A stretch of DNA of 64,000 nt from Vicugna vicugna (taxonomy: Eukaryota), in contig MU058844.1 in NCBI GenBank assembly GCA_013265495.1, positions 12,670,184 through 12,734,183 of the forward strand, written 5' to 3'. The notes below the pieces were generated by a model. The model was not told the origin of the DNA. It made no database searches and saw nothing but the letters and a program-made list of their open reading frames with translations. The stretch's first letter is position 1, and each line of letters begins with the position of its first letter. Positions 13,784 to 28,190 of this stretch are shown one piece after another. The position numbers and the translations under genes are program-made.

Positions 13784-15419
13784 GAACCTCCCTCTGTAAC
13801 AGTCTCTGGTGCAGAAGAGACATTCTTCAGCTCACCTCTAAAAACTCCTCAGCTCCTCTGCAGTGGTATAACCTTGGAGTTGCTTCTACCCAGCAGGCAA
13901 TTCTCTTTGGTAAGTTTCTTTCAAAATGGCTCTCTCCTCTCCTAGCTTAGCCTCTAAAATGTCTGGTTGGTCCAAAGGAAATATCTTTAACTCAGTATCA
14001 CTGGACACAAAGAAGAAGCTCTCTCCTCTGGCTCTACTGCTGTAAGGCTGTTTTACATATCTCTTACCCTTACGCTTCCCCAGCAAAGCAGCAGCAGCAG
14101 CCCCCAGTCTCTGGACCTTCAATAACTCCAGGGGACTCAAACCACACTTTTCCAAGAATTCTCTAACATTCCACTCAGACGTCATCAAAGGAAGACCTAA
14201 CTATTTTCTGCAACCCAGAGGACATCCAGCCAGAGAAATAGTTTCCCTCCTGAAAAGTTCTCCCGTCTTTCAGAGGAGTTGTTTGCAACCCACATGGAAG
14301 ACAATGAACACTCCAGCACTCCCTCTTGGGTTGATACCTCTTCAAAGAATCCCTTGCTCCCTCTAAAGTTTCTCTTTATTTTGTATAGACTGGAGGTAAC
14401 AGAGTTCCAGTACAGATCACAGCCATTTCCCGGCAAGTTCAGCACCTCTGTTTATACTGCAGGGCTCCTTTGGCAGCCACTGTCCTCAGCTTCGAGCTCC
14501 AGGAAAAATGCTTAGATGACAAGAAAAATCCCACTTAATACTATACAAATTACTATACAAAAATATACCTAAGTACTTAGTATTTTTCATCTAACATTAT
14601 GTTTTTCAGATTTACCTGTGCTGAAACACAAAGTTCTGGTTTAGTTAATGCAATTATTATATAGTATTCCATTACGTGAAAAAACCACATACATTCTTCT
14701 ATTAAGTGACTTTTTTACTACTATAAACCATACTGCTATGAACAATTTCATATAGGTCTCACTTGTACAAGTTTCTCTGGGGTAAGTACCTAGTAATGGA
14801 ACTTCTAGATAAAGAGAATTTGAGTATCTTCTGCTTTACTGTCATTAAAATAACTTTCCAAGGCGGCAGTACCAACTTACACTCTCACTAGCAAAGTATG
14901 AGTTTTCCTTTCATTATACTTAGATGTACTAGGTTTCTTAATTTTGGAGGAATCTGATGAGTACTAAATCATATCTTGTTTTGATCTGCATTTCCCTGAA
15001 GCAATGCGAAAAAAGTTTATCTAGGAAAGATTAACTATAGCATGCTGCTGAAAAGTTAACAAGGATGAGGACCACAAGCTCTCCAACCACTGTATTTAGC
15101 AATACAGATTTCATGTTATATTGACAAGGTGGGCACACATGCTACACTGGAACTGATTAAAGAAAAGATGGAAGGCAAGGAAATGGGAACAGCAAATACA
15201 GGCACACCTTTTGAGGAGTTTTGCTACAAAAAAGAGCAAAGAAATAGGGCAGTAGAAGAGAAACGGGATCAAAGGGAAACATGGTTTGGGTTCTGGGATT
15301 TTTTTTCGGATGGGAGAAATGCTTGCTAGCAGAAATTATCTGGTAGAGCCAAAAACTGAAGAGGTAGAAATAGAAGTATGAGTAGACAACTTCTGACGAG
15401 ATGCCTCAAGCGGGCACGA

Positions 15420-17560
15420 GAATACAGAAACTAGCATAACCAAACATATATAGTACTTTAATGCTAAAACCACAAAACACTGATAAAAGAAATCAAAGAA
15501 GATCTAAATAGACAGACATATCATATTCACAGACTGGAAGACTCAAAACGGTTAAGATATCAATTTTTACTAACACACAGGTTTAACACAATTCCTATAA
15601 AAATTCCAGCAAGACTTTTTGGATATATAGACAACGGTATTCTAAAATTTATATGAGAAGGCAACTAAAATACTTAAAATAACTTTGGAAAAGATGAATA
15701 AAGTAGAAAGAAGTAGTTTACTCAATTTCAAGACCTATTATATAGCTCCAACAATCAAGACCACATAGTATTGGCTGAGGGATAGACACATAGGTCAATG
15801 AAACAGAACACAGAACCCAGAAATAAAAAGATACAAATATGCTCAAATTATTTTTGACAATAATGTAAAAATAATTCAACAGAGGAAAGATGAGCTTTTC
15901 AACAAATGGTACTGGAGCAGGTGGACATTTACAGGGAAAAAAGATGAAGCTCAACTTAATTCTCACAAAAAGAGAAACTGATCCTGAACATAAATGTTAC
16001 ATCTAAAACCATAAACTATTAAAAAAAAAAAGGCAAAAATCTCTGGGATCTACAGCTAAGCAAAGAGATCTTAGACTTGACATTAAAAGTACATCTATAA
16101 AGAGAAAACATTTATAAACTGGATTTCATTAAAATTTACTTATGCTCTGAGAAAGACCCTGTTATGAGGATGAATAGACAAGCTATAGACTGGGAAAAAA
16201 ATATTTGCAAACAGCAGCAAAAGACTAGTGTCTAGGATATTGAAAAACAACAACAACCACCTCTCAAAACTCACCAGTAAAATAAACAATCAAATTTTTT
16301 TAAATTGGCAAAAGGCACTGTTACAGGGTGAATTGTGTCCCCCCAAATCCATCTGTTGAAGCACTAAACTCTTATTCCTCAGAATGTGACTGTATTTGGA
16401 GCTAGGCCCTTTATTAAAAGGATCAAGTTAAAATTAGGGTAGGCCCTAATCCAGTCGGACTGATATCCTTATAGGAAGAGAAAATCTGGATACACAGACA
16501 ACAGAGACACATGTGCACAGAGGAAAAACCATGTTGAGGACACAGCAAGAAGGCTGCCATCTGTTAAGCAAAGAATGAGACCTCAGAAGAAACCAAATCT
16601 GCAAATACCTTAACCTTGGATTCCTAGGCTCCAGAATTGTGAAAAAATTAATTTCCATTATTTAAGCCACTCCCTACGTGATACTTTGTTATGGTAGCCC
16701 TAGCAAACTGATACAGACATGAAGAGACATTTCACCTAGGAGGATATATAGATGGCAAATAAGCACATGAAAACACTGTCAGGATCATTAGCCATTAGGG
16801 AAATACAAATTATTCCACAATAACTTACCATCACAAACCTACTAAAACAGGCTAAAACTAGAAAGTGCCAACACCAAATGCTGGTAAGGATGCAGAGAGA
16901 ACAGACTGCTCATGTATTGCTGGTTGGAATGTAAAATGTACAGCCACTCTAGAAAACAGCTTGAAAGTTTCTTAAAAACATTAACATACAACCCATATGA
17001 CCCAGTAATTGCACTCCTGGGCATTGATCCTAGAGAAATGAAAATTTATATTTACACAAAGACCTGTACACAAGTAGTTAAAGCAGCCTTATTTATAATA
17101 AGCAAAAAATGGAAGCAACACAGACGTCATCAATGAGTAAATAGTTAAACACACTGTGGTACATCCACATACTACCCAGTCACAGAAAGGAATGAATTAC
17201 TTATACATGTGAAAACCTGGATAAATCTCCAGAGTATTGTGCTGAATGAAAGAGCCAGTCCCTTAGGGTTACATACTACATGATTCCATTTAAATAGCAT
17301 TCTTAAAATTACAAAATTATAGAAGTGGAGGATAGACTGGTATGGGTATACAAAGGCAATACAAAAGATCTTTGTGGTGATCGAAATATTTCGTATTTTC
17401 ACTGATTCAATATTCATCTCCTGGTTGTGGTATTAAATCCTAATTCTGCAAGGTGTTGCCATTGGGGCAAATTGGGTAAAGGTACACAAGATCTCTCTGC
17501 ATTTTTTTCTTACAATTGTAGATGTGAATCTACAATTATCTCCAAATAAAAAGTTAAAGA
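15420..17560 (+). mobile_element. Ancient L1M ORF2 and 3' UTR, interrupted by an MLT1 LTR
   Basis: Degenerate ORF2 motifs and an old L1M-type 3' end (GTGAATCTACAATTATCTCCAAATAAAAAG). Confidence 0.75.
16319..16715 (+). mobile_element. MaLR solo LTR (MLT1A/B-like) inserted in L1M
   Basis: TGTTACAGGGTGAATTGTGTCCCC...GCCCTAGCAAACTGATACA; the L1 sequence resumes on the other side. Confidence 0.8.
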
Positions 17561-17682
17561 AAAATCACCAACTTAAACATTTTAAATGCGTGCAATTTAT
17601 AAATAAAACATGTCTCAATAAAAAGTTATACAGTAAAAAATATTTTTAAAAGTCAAGGAAATTTTTAAAAAACTACTCAGAC

Positions 17683-18530
17683 CAGTACTGTTGCACTGAA
17701 CTTTCTGCAATTACTGATATATTCTATGTTTCTGTGCTCTCCAAAATGGTAGCCACTAGCCACACATGGCTAACATACACTTGAAATGTGAGTAATGTGA
17801 CTGAAAAGCTCAATTTTTTATTTTATCTATTTTAAGTTGTTAAATTTAAACAGCTATTTTTTTTGTAAGCAACCTGTGATAACCTCAAAAAATGGTTCGC
17901 TATTTACTTGACCCAGAAAACCCCACAAAATCATACAAATCAAGAGGTTCAAATCTTCATTTTAACTTTAAGAACACTTGTGAAACTGCCCAGCCCATTG
18001 AGGGTATGTATATCCGAAAAGTCACCAAATATCTGAAGGATGTCATTTTACACAGCAATGCATACCATGCCACCGTTACAATGGTGGAGCTGGTAGGTGT
18101 GCCCAGGCAAAACAGTGGGGCTGAATGCAAGGTCCATGGCCCAAAAAGAGTGCTCAATTTTTATGGCACATGCGCAAAAATGCAGAGAGTAATGCTGAAC
18201 TTAAGGGCTTAGAAGCAGATTCTCTGGTCACTGAGTACATCCAGGTGAACAGAGCCCCCAAGAAGTGGCACCAGACTTACAGAGCTCACAGTCGGATCAA
18301 CCCTTACACGAGCTCTCCCTGCCACACTGAGATGATCCTCACTGAAAAAGAGCAGATTGTTCCTAAACCACAAGAGGAAGTTGCACAGAAGAAAAAGATA
18401 TCTCAGAAGAAACAAAGACTTACGGCCTGGGAATAAATTCAGCAAAAGATAAACACAAATAAAATAATAAATAAATAAATTTTTAAAAATTTAATAGCCC
18501 ATCATTGGTGGCTACCATAATGGACAAGTC
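17683..18530 (+). mobile_element. MER3 (hAT-Charlie MITE) split by the RPL17 retrocopy
   Basis: GGTAGCCACTAGCCACA...TTAAATTTAAACAGC before the pseudogene and ...GGTGGCTACCATAATGGACA after it. Confidence 0.75.
17855..18486 (+). pseudogene. RPL17: Processed pseudogene of ribosomal protein L17 (uL22)
   Basis: Intronless [14 protein letters not shown]...[34 protein letters not shown] (17892-18436) with a frameshift near 18050. Remnant 5' pyrimidine tract, AATAAA and A-rich tail, TSD AAATTTAA(AC/T)AGC. Confidence 0.95.
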
Positions 18531-19464
18531 TAGACATTACAAAGAATTGGAAAGATCATTATATGCTAAGATGAAACTATATCCAAAGTGTACTCAGAAA
18601 AAATGTAACTTTTATACGATATGATACCACTTATGTAACAAAAATAAGGAAATAAATGTAAATAAAAACATATATAAAATATAGTTACATATGCTTTCAT
18701 CTTCTACTCTTCTGCATAAATTTTAAATTTTTGACAATAATCACGTGTCGCTTTTTGTTTAAAAGCCAAAACCCCATGCTGAAACTTAGCTTTTTGATTC
18801 CTTGAAAATTCATACACTATTCAACAATACAAAAAAAACTGGCTGTTAGGATAATATTTCAGAAAGTTAAAGTTTTTGTCTGGTTGGCTAGATTCTAGTT
18901 TGGCAATTTTTCTTCCCCAAGTGTGGCCTTTTTTATGGACTTCATCCAATTACCCACAGAAAAAAAGGAGACAAATAAGGGAAAAACAAGTACAAATAAT
19001 GGGAACTTATGAAATCAAGTTAATTAGCTTCTTACATAAACAGCTGGAGGACCCTGGATATTTATATTCAGTGTTTGGTCAGAAAGCAAAATTTCTTTAG
19101 AAAATAATGTCTACAGTTTATTCATGATTAAAGTTACAGAATTATGAATGAAGATTAATGAGTATTTATAATTACAGTAAAGGGAGATAAAATCTCCAAG
19201 GTAGAAACAGGTTTAACAATGGTGTACATTCTCTCTCATAATCTTAAACTGCAGAAAGAATGGAAAGAACATAAAACAAATAATAGTTAACTCTATGTTC
19301 CAAGTGCTATTCTAAACTTTATTTAGAGGCAGGATTCCATAGAATCAAACATGCCGTTGACTGTAAGATGCACATTGTACTATCGTATTTACTACTGAAA
19401 AAAATCTGTGTACAAGTGGATTTGTACAGTTCAAACCCATGTTGTTCCAGGGACAACTGTACAT

Positions 19465-19862
19465 GACATTACTGTAAAGGAAGAACTATGGAGATAATAA
19501 AAAGATCAGTGGTTGCCAGATTTACCAGGGAGGGAGAGATGAATGGGTAGAACACAGAAGATTTTTAGGGTAGTGAAACTATTCTGTATGGTACTGTAAT
19601 AGTGGATACATGTCTATACATTTGTCAAAACTCTTATTAAAACCCAAAAGTGGACCCTAAGGTAAAGTACAGACTCTAATAATGACGTGTTGATGTAGGT
19701 TCATAGACCATAGCAAATGTGCCACCTCCAGTGCAGGCTGTTCACAGTGGGGGAGGGAGATTGGAGGTGGGGGGCCAGCGGGTATATATATATGGGAATT
19801 CTCTGTACTTTCTGCTTAGTTTTGCTGTGAACCTAAAGCTACTCGAAAAATTGAAGTCTTTT
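19465..19862 (+). mobile_element. L1MC-type 3' UTR fragment
   Basis: Same 3' UTR family as the L1 ending at ~43100 (AAAAGATCAG(T/G)GGTTG...CTGTGAACCTAAA). Confidence 0.7.
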
Positions 19863-20609
19863 AAAATATTTTTGCAAGTAAATGTGGACATTTGCCATCA
19901 GAGCCAGGCAGTGTCTGTCCAATAATATTTCATCAACTCCATTCCATCACTATTACATTGTGCTGCACTATACAAAAGGGGCAAACGGATCCAAGCAGTT
20001 TGAACCTGTATTCAAATTCAGTTCTGATACTTATCAGCAAGTTACTTACCCTCTCTATGCCTCGATCCCCTCATGTGTGAAAGAAGTATAAAAAAGGTGT
20101 GAAAAGTAAATGAGTGAATATATATGGAAAACTGTTTAGGACAGTGGCTAGCTCATAGTTATAATTTGATAACTGTTAGCAATTACCATTGTGATTATCT
20201 ACCAGATTGAGGAGATAATATGAAAAACACAGTACAATACCTTAAATGTCAAATTAGCTTCCTTCCTCCTCCTGTAATAAAACCTCTCCCACATGTCAAG
20301 CGCATATCAGAGAGAGGGGGACAAGGGATGGAACTGTTTGTCAGAATCCCCTCTGGAGTTTTTTCAAAATATATATACCACAAACCCACATAATAAATTG
20401 GAAACTTTGAGAGGTGTCTATGGAAGCATGTGTATTCTAGTAAAGTTCTCCACAAGGTTCTAATACACACACACATTTGTATTCCACCCAACCCACACAA
20501 ATCGAGTTCTGATGAAGTTACTGCACACCAGTGATTAATGATGTTCAATGCACTGAAATATCATATATTTTCACATAAATTTCTTGGAGCTCCTATGTAT
20601 TGCCTTGAT

Positions 20610-20830
20610 CAGGGGCTGGCAAATATGGCCCACAGGTCAACTCTGGCCCACCACCTGGTTTTATATATAAAGTTTTCTTGAAACACAACATACCCATCCA
20701 TTTCCATACTGTCTGTGGCTACTTTCATACAACCACCACAGAACTGAGCAGTTGCTACAGAGACTATATAGCCTATAAACTTGAAAATATTTACCAGCTG
20801 GTCTTTACAGAGAGAGTTTCCCAACCCTTG
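20610..20830. mobile_element. MER58A-like hAT-Charlie MITE
   Basis: CAGGGGCTGGCAAA...TTTCCCAACCCTTG terminal inverted repeats and typical internal sequence. Confidence 0.8.
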
Positions 20831-22418
20831 GTCTAGATTATTCATACAGAATGCTATTCAGTAGCTCAAGTAGAACATTTAGTGTTAACAATGAGCTCAA
20901 TATAATTACAGCATCTCTTAAAATACATAAAAAACTAGAAGACTGGAACAAAGCAAATAAGCAGTTCTTCACATTAGGAGTTCAGAGGACAGAAATAGTT
21001 TTGCCTGCTAGCATTCCTTCCTTAAGGAAACTTCCTCCTCCAACTCCAACCAAGAGACCTTGGCCAATTATAGGCCCTCAACCGCAGTCATAGGAGTGGG
21101 CACATAACCTACAGCAGGACAACCCGAAGCCATTTCCAATGTGGAATAAGGAAAGACATGCAGTCCCTCTCTAAGGGTTTGTTGAGATCTGAGATATCAG
21201 TACTGGCATCCATGCCCCCATCACACAGAAGAAAGAGGCTCTACATTAGGATAAAATAAAGCTGAAAGGCAGAGATGAGGAGAGAGAGGATTGTCTTGGT
21301 GACATTCTCACTTCAGGTTCCAGTTATCTTGGAGTCCAACCAATTGTACCCTGGCCATCCTGAGTCTGGGCTATGTGAGCCAGTGAACTCCCACTTTTGC
21401 CCAAGAAGATTTTTAAAAGGTCATGATATCTACAATCCAAGGATTCTCACTAACACAAGCAACTTCCTCAGCTCACAGAGAGTTTGTTTGTTTGGTTTGT
21501 TTGTTTGTTTGTTTGAATGAGAATGGGGGTAGTTTTGGTCACCAGTTTTGTTCACCCTTCATTAAAACCTTCATAAATTAACAAATGTTCATAATCAGAA
21601 ATTTATTTTTAAAAACTGAAAAAGGGCACAGTAACATCGCAGTTAGTAATTATTTTTCACTTTGTTCCTAGTGTAAAAGAATTGATTGAAAAAACACAAG
21701 ATATTTGACAAAAAAAAAAAAAATTCAGGTACATTTAGCCCTATCATCTCCATCTCCTCAACAACAATTACTGATAATCAGAAAGATGAGCCTAAGATAC
21801 TATAACCCTCTGATTTACCTAAGAAAGATTCTATCATATCTAGTATTATTAATCCGAGAAAGTAGAGTAATTCATTTGGCAAGTTTTCAACAACAACTGA
21901 AACAAAACCCAAAAATGTTCTGTTACCCGTCTATGATTCATTAAATTAAGTTCTTTATAATATCTCAACTACAGAAAGCTCAAGTTTCACTCTACTTTCA
22001 AATCAGCTGCCAGTAGCTCTATCCTAAGGAGAATTTTACAGAAGCTATCATCCTACAAATGTATAATTAATACATTGGGTGAGACTTTTACTTGAATATT
22101 TTATAAATATAATATTGCCATGAATCAGTTTTTTTTAACTGCAAAGTTTAAACTATTTGATATTTTATTCTTGAATTACCTATTTAATAGAATCTGATAA
22201 TAAAATAATATTAGAATTAGACAATGCCTTGAAAGAGAATTTCATATAACCCTGATTTTGAAATAGCACCTTTTTGGATTACGTGGTTGTTGGGAGTTCT
22301 ATTAAAAACACACTACATCAAGAAACTTTAACTGACTAACCAACCCTAACTACCCTAACGTACCCTTGGGATATTCTCTAGAGGAAAGGAGGTACACAAT
22401 GCATTTTTAATTTTTAAC

Positions 22419-22533
<115 letters not shown>

Positions 22534-25500
22534 TCACTCACCTTCACCTATCCTAAGGGATATGAAGGCTTCTAGTTCATCTTTCATTATATTACAATGC
22601 CTTATTTTGTATTCCTCATTACTTTGTGCCATATCAAAGTGTCAAGACAATACCTGGATGCTCAATAAACACTCCTCCTATCAAAGCACATATCTTTAAG
22701 AAAATTAAATAATATTTTTTTAAAAAAGGGCTTATAATGAAGAGTACTCTGCCTGGCCTCTCCTCAAATCCCAGACAACCAATTGCTGCCTAGTCACTTG
22801 CCTCAATATTAAAGGTACGTATACTATTATTGCTTGAGCTGTTACTAACTTCTTACCGCAATATTAACAGCTAAGGTGTATTCTGTTACTAAGTGCCAGA
22901 TACAGAACTCTCTATATATTATTACATTTAATTGTCACAACAGCTTCATAAAGTAGGAGCTAGTATATATTCCTGTTTTAGTCTGGAAAATTGGAACACA
23001 GTTCAACAACCTGCCCAGGGTCACACAGCTAGCAAGTGGCAAAACTACAATTTTAACTTAAGCAACCAGACACTAGTATACACACTTTTAACCTAAATCC
23101 TCTTATATTTACCCACTCCACAGTCCACTCTTAATTAATACTTCAGGGATAAGTCTCTCAAATAAAATAAAAGCAATGAGCAAAATAAAACAAAGAAGTC
23201 AAAACAGTAAAATGACATTTCTCACAACCAAATATATCTTTTTGGTTCTACACGTCAGTAATTTTCAACTTTGACTTTGCCACAGTTCAGGAGGACACCA
23301 ATTAGTTGCATTTTCATTTTATATACATTGACTCAGTAGTTACTATGCCTGAGGTATAGTATTTTTAAATCTAAACTACAGTTACATGGCATATAACATT
23401 TTTGCTAAATTTAAAAAGGCATCAGATCCTGAAGACTGCCAGACAGGCATGCTCTGAAGGGAGAGTGTGCCAGTAACAAATTAGAAAAAGAAAAACAATT
23501 TTCAAAGTAATTTCTATTTGCTTTCTAAAAGCAAATGAGCTAACTTATAGATGAGTACACTTATACATCTCTAACTACATAATAGGGCACAAAAAATAGT
23601 AATGGAAAAAGGTAAAATCACTTTCACTAAAGAAAAGCTTCAAAAAATAATTTTGTAAAATCTGTGGAGACAGAAGACACAGTATTATTTCAGTTTAATA
23701 TTCTAAACAAACAAAAAATGAGACATGAATATGGACAAATTTAACTTGAAGCAAAAAATGTTACCATTTAAAAAAAAATGAGACACTACAGAAAAGGCAG
23801 TAATAGAAGTTTTGAAATTGAGGAAAGTAAGGAAGAGAGCAAGAGATAAAAGCCCTAGATAATCTAGGCAATCCAGCTCAAAGCTGTGAGTCAGATCTTG
23901 CTCAAACAGAGAACCTTTATAATAATACTCTGGCTGAAGGGAATATTGTGTCCTTGTTCTATGAAAGAGCAGACAAGGCTTACTGAGGATCTTCTAGTAA
24001 GCGAAACGGAAGGTTGGTGACAGCAAGTCAGTTGGATCTGTAGACCAACATACAGTCTCTCTCTCTCTGCTGAAGTTTTACTTCTAACCAGTCTGGATAA
24101 CAGCAATCCACCCCTACTTACAGACTATACATGCCCTTCTCATTTCAATGCTATCTGGATTCTGTTACGGGTTTCATATGCATAATATCTTCACAATTGG
24201 ACCATTAACTTGTGGAGAGCAGAAGCCATCCTGTTTATTCTATTTTCGCTCATATAACCTAATATAGTTCTATCCATTTAGTAGATGGCTGCTCAAATCT
24301 AATGATATTGAAAAATCACAACCTATATCAGACCATTAAGAGTTTGAAGAAATCTTGAGATTATTGAGTCTGTTCTCTTTATGTTAAAAGCAAAGAAACT
24401 AAGAGTAGTTTAAATGTCCACTAACCTAACAAGTAGAAGAGCTGGAATTAGCACCCTAATCCCCTGATAATCAGTTTAACTTTTTCTAAACAGCCTCTAA
24501 TTTCTTCCATTATACCAAAATAATCTATTTCATCAGAAAACAAAGTAGCAGCAGCAGTACTCACTATACACATACCAGAGACCTGAGAAGGTTAGATCCA
24601 CTTGGCAGTCCATGTGCCTAGGTCTGTGATGACCGCTTTATAAACATTCTACTTAGTACTCTCAATGACTCTAAGAGGTAGGTACTAGTAACCTAATTTC
24701 ACAAATGTGGAAAATGTAATTTGACCATGATGACAGTAAGTGGCAGAACCTAGATTCTCCATTTGTCATCAGAATCTTGGCTCTTACCCAGTATCCTATA
24801 CTGCTTCTCGTAGAATTCACCACAAATATCTTGAAGTCTCAAGAGTCCAGCACAGTGCCTGACCCAAACAAAGTAAACAAATGTTAAAATGACTGACTAA
24901 ATGAATGTATTATTTAATTAATTAAAAGGTAAGCTTCTCTCACAGCAAACACCTCTAAAAAGAAGACTTCATTGTTAATCTAATTACATAATCCCCTAAG
25001 AAAGGGTTTAACAGTGAGCGGTCTGCATACTAAAAGGAGATTTAAGGAATGCCTAATATCTTTAGCCCACAAATAATTCAAGTGTTCAACGAATAGTGAA
25101 AAACTATTTCCATGACACAGCGTTAAATTTGAAGATAAAAAGTAAAATAAAATTTGTTCCTGCAATATTCCACTAAATTAAAACCCACACAAGTTTCTAA
25201 ACCATTCATCAAACAGAAATAAATGTGTAACACCAACCTCCTTCTGGTGGAAGAGAAAGGAATAACACTAACTGAGCATCTGCAATGTTCCAGTTTTGAA
25301 CCTTAATGTAGAGTCTCACTTAATCCCTTAAAGCCAAATGAATGAGGCAACATCTCCACTTTCTGATGAACAAACTGAGGCTTTAAGAGATTAAGAACTT
25401 GTCTCAAGTCACTTAGCAAATTACTACAAATCCAGAATTGGAATCCAAAAGTCTTATGTTCTCTCCAAAAAGGGGTTAAAAGTACTTTTCTTTTATTTGT

Positions 25501-27069
25501 TTACCAAAGCAGAGAATGGATTTCTTCCCAAGGGAGACTGAAGATTGCTTATTTCAACAACAAAGAAGAATACATTATCTCACTTATTCCTCATTATAGC
25601 TTATTTGTTATTATTTCATCCCATTTATTATAAATATGAATCTAGAACTCAGAGAAGTAGCTTGCCCAAGAACACACTGCAAGGATGTAGAACTATACCA
25701 GGTCTACACCAGGTGTGAATGCAAAACTAACCACAGGAAAAGTACAGAAAGACCTTAGCCCTGGTAGTTATGAGCTTAAGACTCAAAACACCCAAACTAA
25801 GCAGACTTTGTACTTGTCAAGTAAAAGGAATGGTAGATATCATTTGTAACTACTTCCACTTTCAATGATGAGGAAGCTGATTTTTTAGTAATAGTCTTAT
25901 TAAATGGCAACCTGAAGACCGGCCTCTAAATTTCAAGTCTACAGGCCATTCTATTATACCAAGCAATTACTGGATTTATTGCCTGTTGAAATCACTCTCA
26001 AAGTATCAAAGTACTATTTCACACAGCATGAAGAGAGAACAGTTATGTTAAAACACACAGAATCAACATTTAAGGACTTAAAATACTTCCATAGGAATAC
26101 ATGAAGAGAAATATTCCTTAGCAACATTTTCAGTGCATAATCTGAAAACATTGTCTATTTCTTGATCTATTTTTAGGACCTATATGTGAACTAAAAGATA
26201 TCTCCATTGCCAATTCTGAAAATATTACCACTTTGGCCAAAAAAGAAAAAGAAATTTAGTTTTACTGTACAGCCCTGTTTGTCAAAAATCCAGAGTAGTT
26301 TTTTCTATTCAGAGTGGCCCAGGTATATTCCTAAAGAACTGTCCCACACTGGTTTTGATAAATCAAAGTGATGAATGAGAAGGTGATGAATATTAACATA
26401 TACAGGATAAGTGCTTGTATTTACATTTTACTAAATAATACAAGCATGCTATAACCCCCAATACAGAAATAAATAGAATCATTCTAATGCAAAGTAACCG
26501 GATAGAGACTTCCATGTTTGTTCAGCCTACTAAAACACGAAGATTGTCTTCATCCCTTAAGCTCATAAAAACTACGGGAGTTCTTCAGGAAGCTTTGCCG
26601 CTGCCTCTCCGCAGATCACTGTGGGTCATTAAAAACCGGAATGCATCAAGAATTGCTGCCAGGCCTGAACTAGCACTAGCTCAGCTATAAACTAAGAAGT
26701 AAACAAGTGCAGAAAGCTGCCGATCCTGGAGCGGGGCACTGTTTACTTACATGGAAAGATACTCATGTTGTGATGGGAAACGTGTTGCACTGTCCTCCGC
26801 TGGCTCCCCCACAAAACGCCGCACTTTGACAAGCTAATGTGAGAGTGGGTCTACTCCCAAAAGTTTTGACCTCTCTTTTTAAACGCTTAAGGACAAACGC
26901 TCAAATAAGGACATTCGACACCAGGTGCCCAACGGTGCTGCCTATGGCATAACCTGGAAGGACATCACTTTGTCCAACAAACTGTGTTCTCACTTCACAC
27001 TCCCCAACAATGAACTAAATGGGAGAAAGAGATACCGTCATTCACTCTGGTGAAGGAAAAGAGAAGAAA

Positions 27070-28190
27070 TCAAAACCAGACTGGCTTCCTCCTCGCCCCC
27101 GAGAGGCTTGGAGCAGGACTAGGGGCTTAAGGTGCGGTTACAAACCAGCACCAGGCCCCGGTCGCCAGTGCACCCGCGAGCAGCGAGGCGTCAGAGAACC
27201 ATCAACATCTCCACCTCTGTCCTCCAAGCACAGCCAGGGACTGCGTCCCAGAGCCCGCCCCGGCCGGGCCCGCCCCGCTATCTCCTCCCCCGTTATCCGC
27301 TCACTGCCGCGCTCGGGCCTGGGTTTGCCTCCCGCCCTCCCCAACTTTGGCACGTTCCACTACCCCAAACACGTAGGCCACCGCCCCACCACGAGTCCGG
27401 CGGAGAAAGGTCGGGGGGCTGCAGGGCGAGGAATGCGCTGGGCGCCGTTCCTCACCTCTGGATGGAGAAGGGGCACGCAGCCCGCTTCGGCCTCGTACTC
27501 ATCCGGGCCGTCCGCCATCTTGGTGTTAAATCCCTCCTCCCGCTGCATGCTGGGAGAAAGCGTTTCACCCTCGCGGGGCTCGGGCAAGGCGGAGGGCAAG
27601 CGCGAGGGCGAGCGCGAGCCCCGCCGGAGGCGACGCGGCCTCCTCCTCCTCCTCCTCCCCTTACCCCAGCGACGCCCCCTCTGCCCCCTCCCACCTCGGA
27701 GGGCGCGGGTCCCTGCGCGCGTGCGCGCTAGCTGGGCCGTCCCGGGCGGGAGCGCGCTCTGCTGCACTGCACCGGGGCCCGCAGGCCCAAGGCTCTGGGC
27801 GTGGGTGCCGCCGCTTGTGGGCGGACCCGGGCCCCTGGCAGTTTGCGCCTCTGGTCGCGGGGAGGAGGCAGCTGCTGGGCTACCGAGTAGTTAACGCGGG
27901 CAACCAAGCGGCGGTGCGGGAGCAAGGACCCGGCTCTTGAGCCGCGCAGCCGAGGGTTTCCCTCCCCCCGCCCCCCACGCAGTAGAGGTGGCCCACGCTC
28001 GCAAGCCCCACTGTCCCGCTCCGAGACCCCGGGACCCCTTCTATGAGACCCAACCCAGCTCCAGGTAGTAGATTTGGGGCGCTCGGTCTTGATTCCAGGT
28101 GTGCATCGCTCATGACGATGAAAGACGCAGTTTCCTCCGCACTCAATAAGGTCATCCTGTAATTTATGCCTCCGGGGGGCGCCCAGGAGA
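27070..28190 (-). promoter_or_regulatory. ZDHHC17: CpG-island promoter of ZDHHC17
   Basis: Very GC/CpG-rich block around exon 1, with GC boxes, NRF1-like GCGCGTGCGC (27717-27726), a YY1 motif AAGATGGCGG over the second ATG (27512-27521) and (GGA)n upstream of the start codon. Confidence 0.9.
27456..27548 (-). CDS. ZDHHC17: ZDHHC17 (HIP14) coding exon 1
   Basis: 93 nt encoding MQREEGFNTKMADGPDEYEAEAGCVPLLHPE, followed by a GAG|gtgag donor. This is the known ZDHHC17 N-terminus. Confidence 0.97.
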
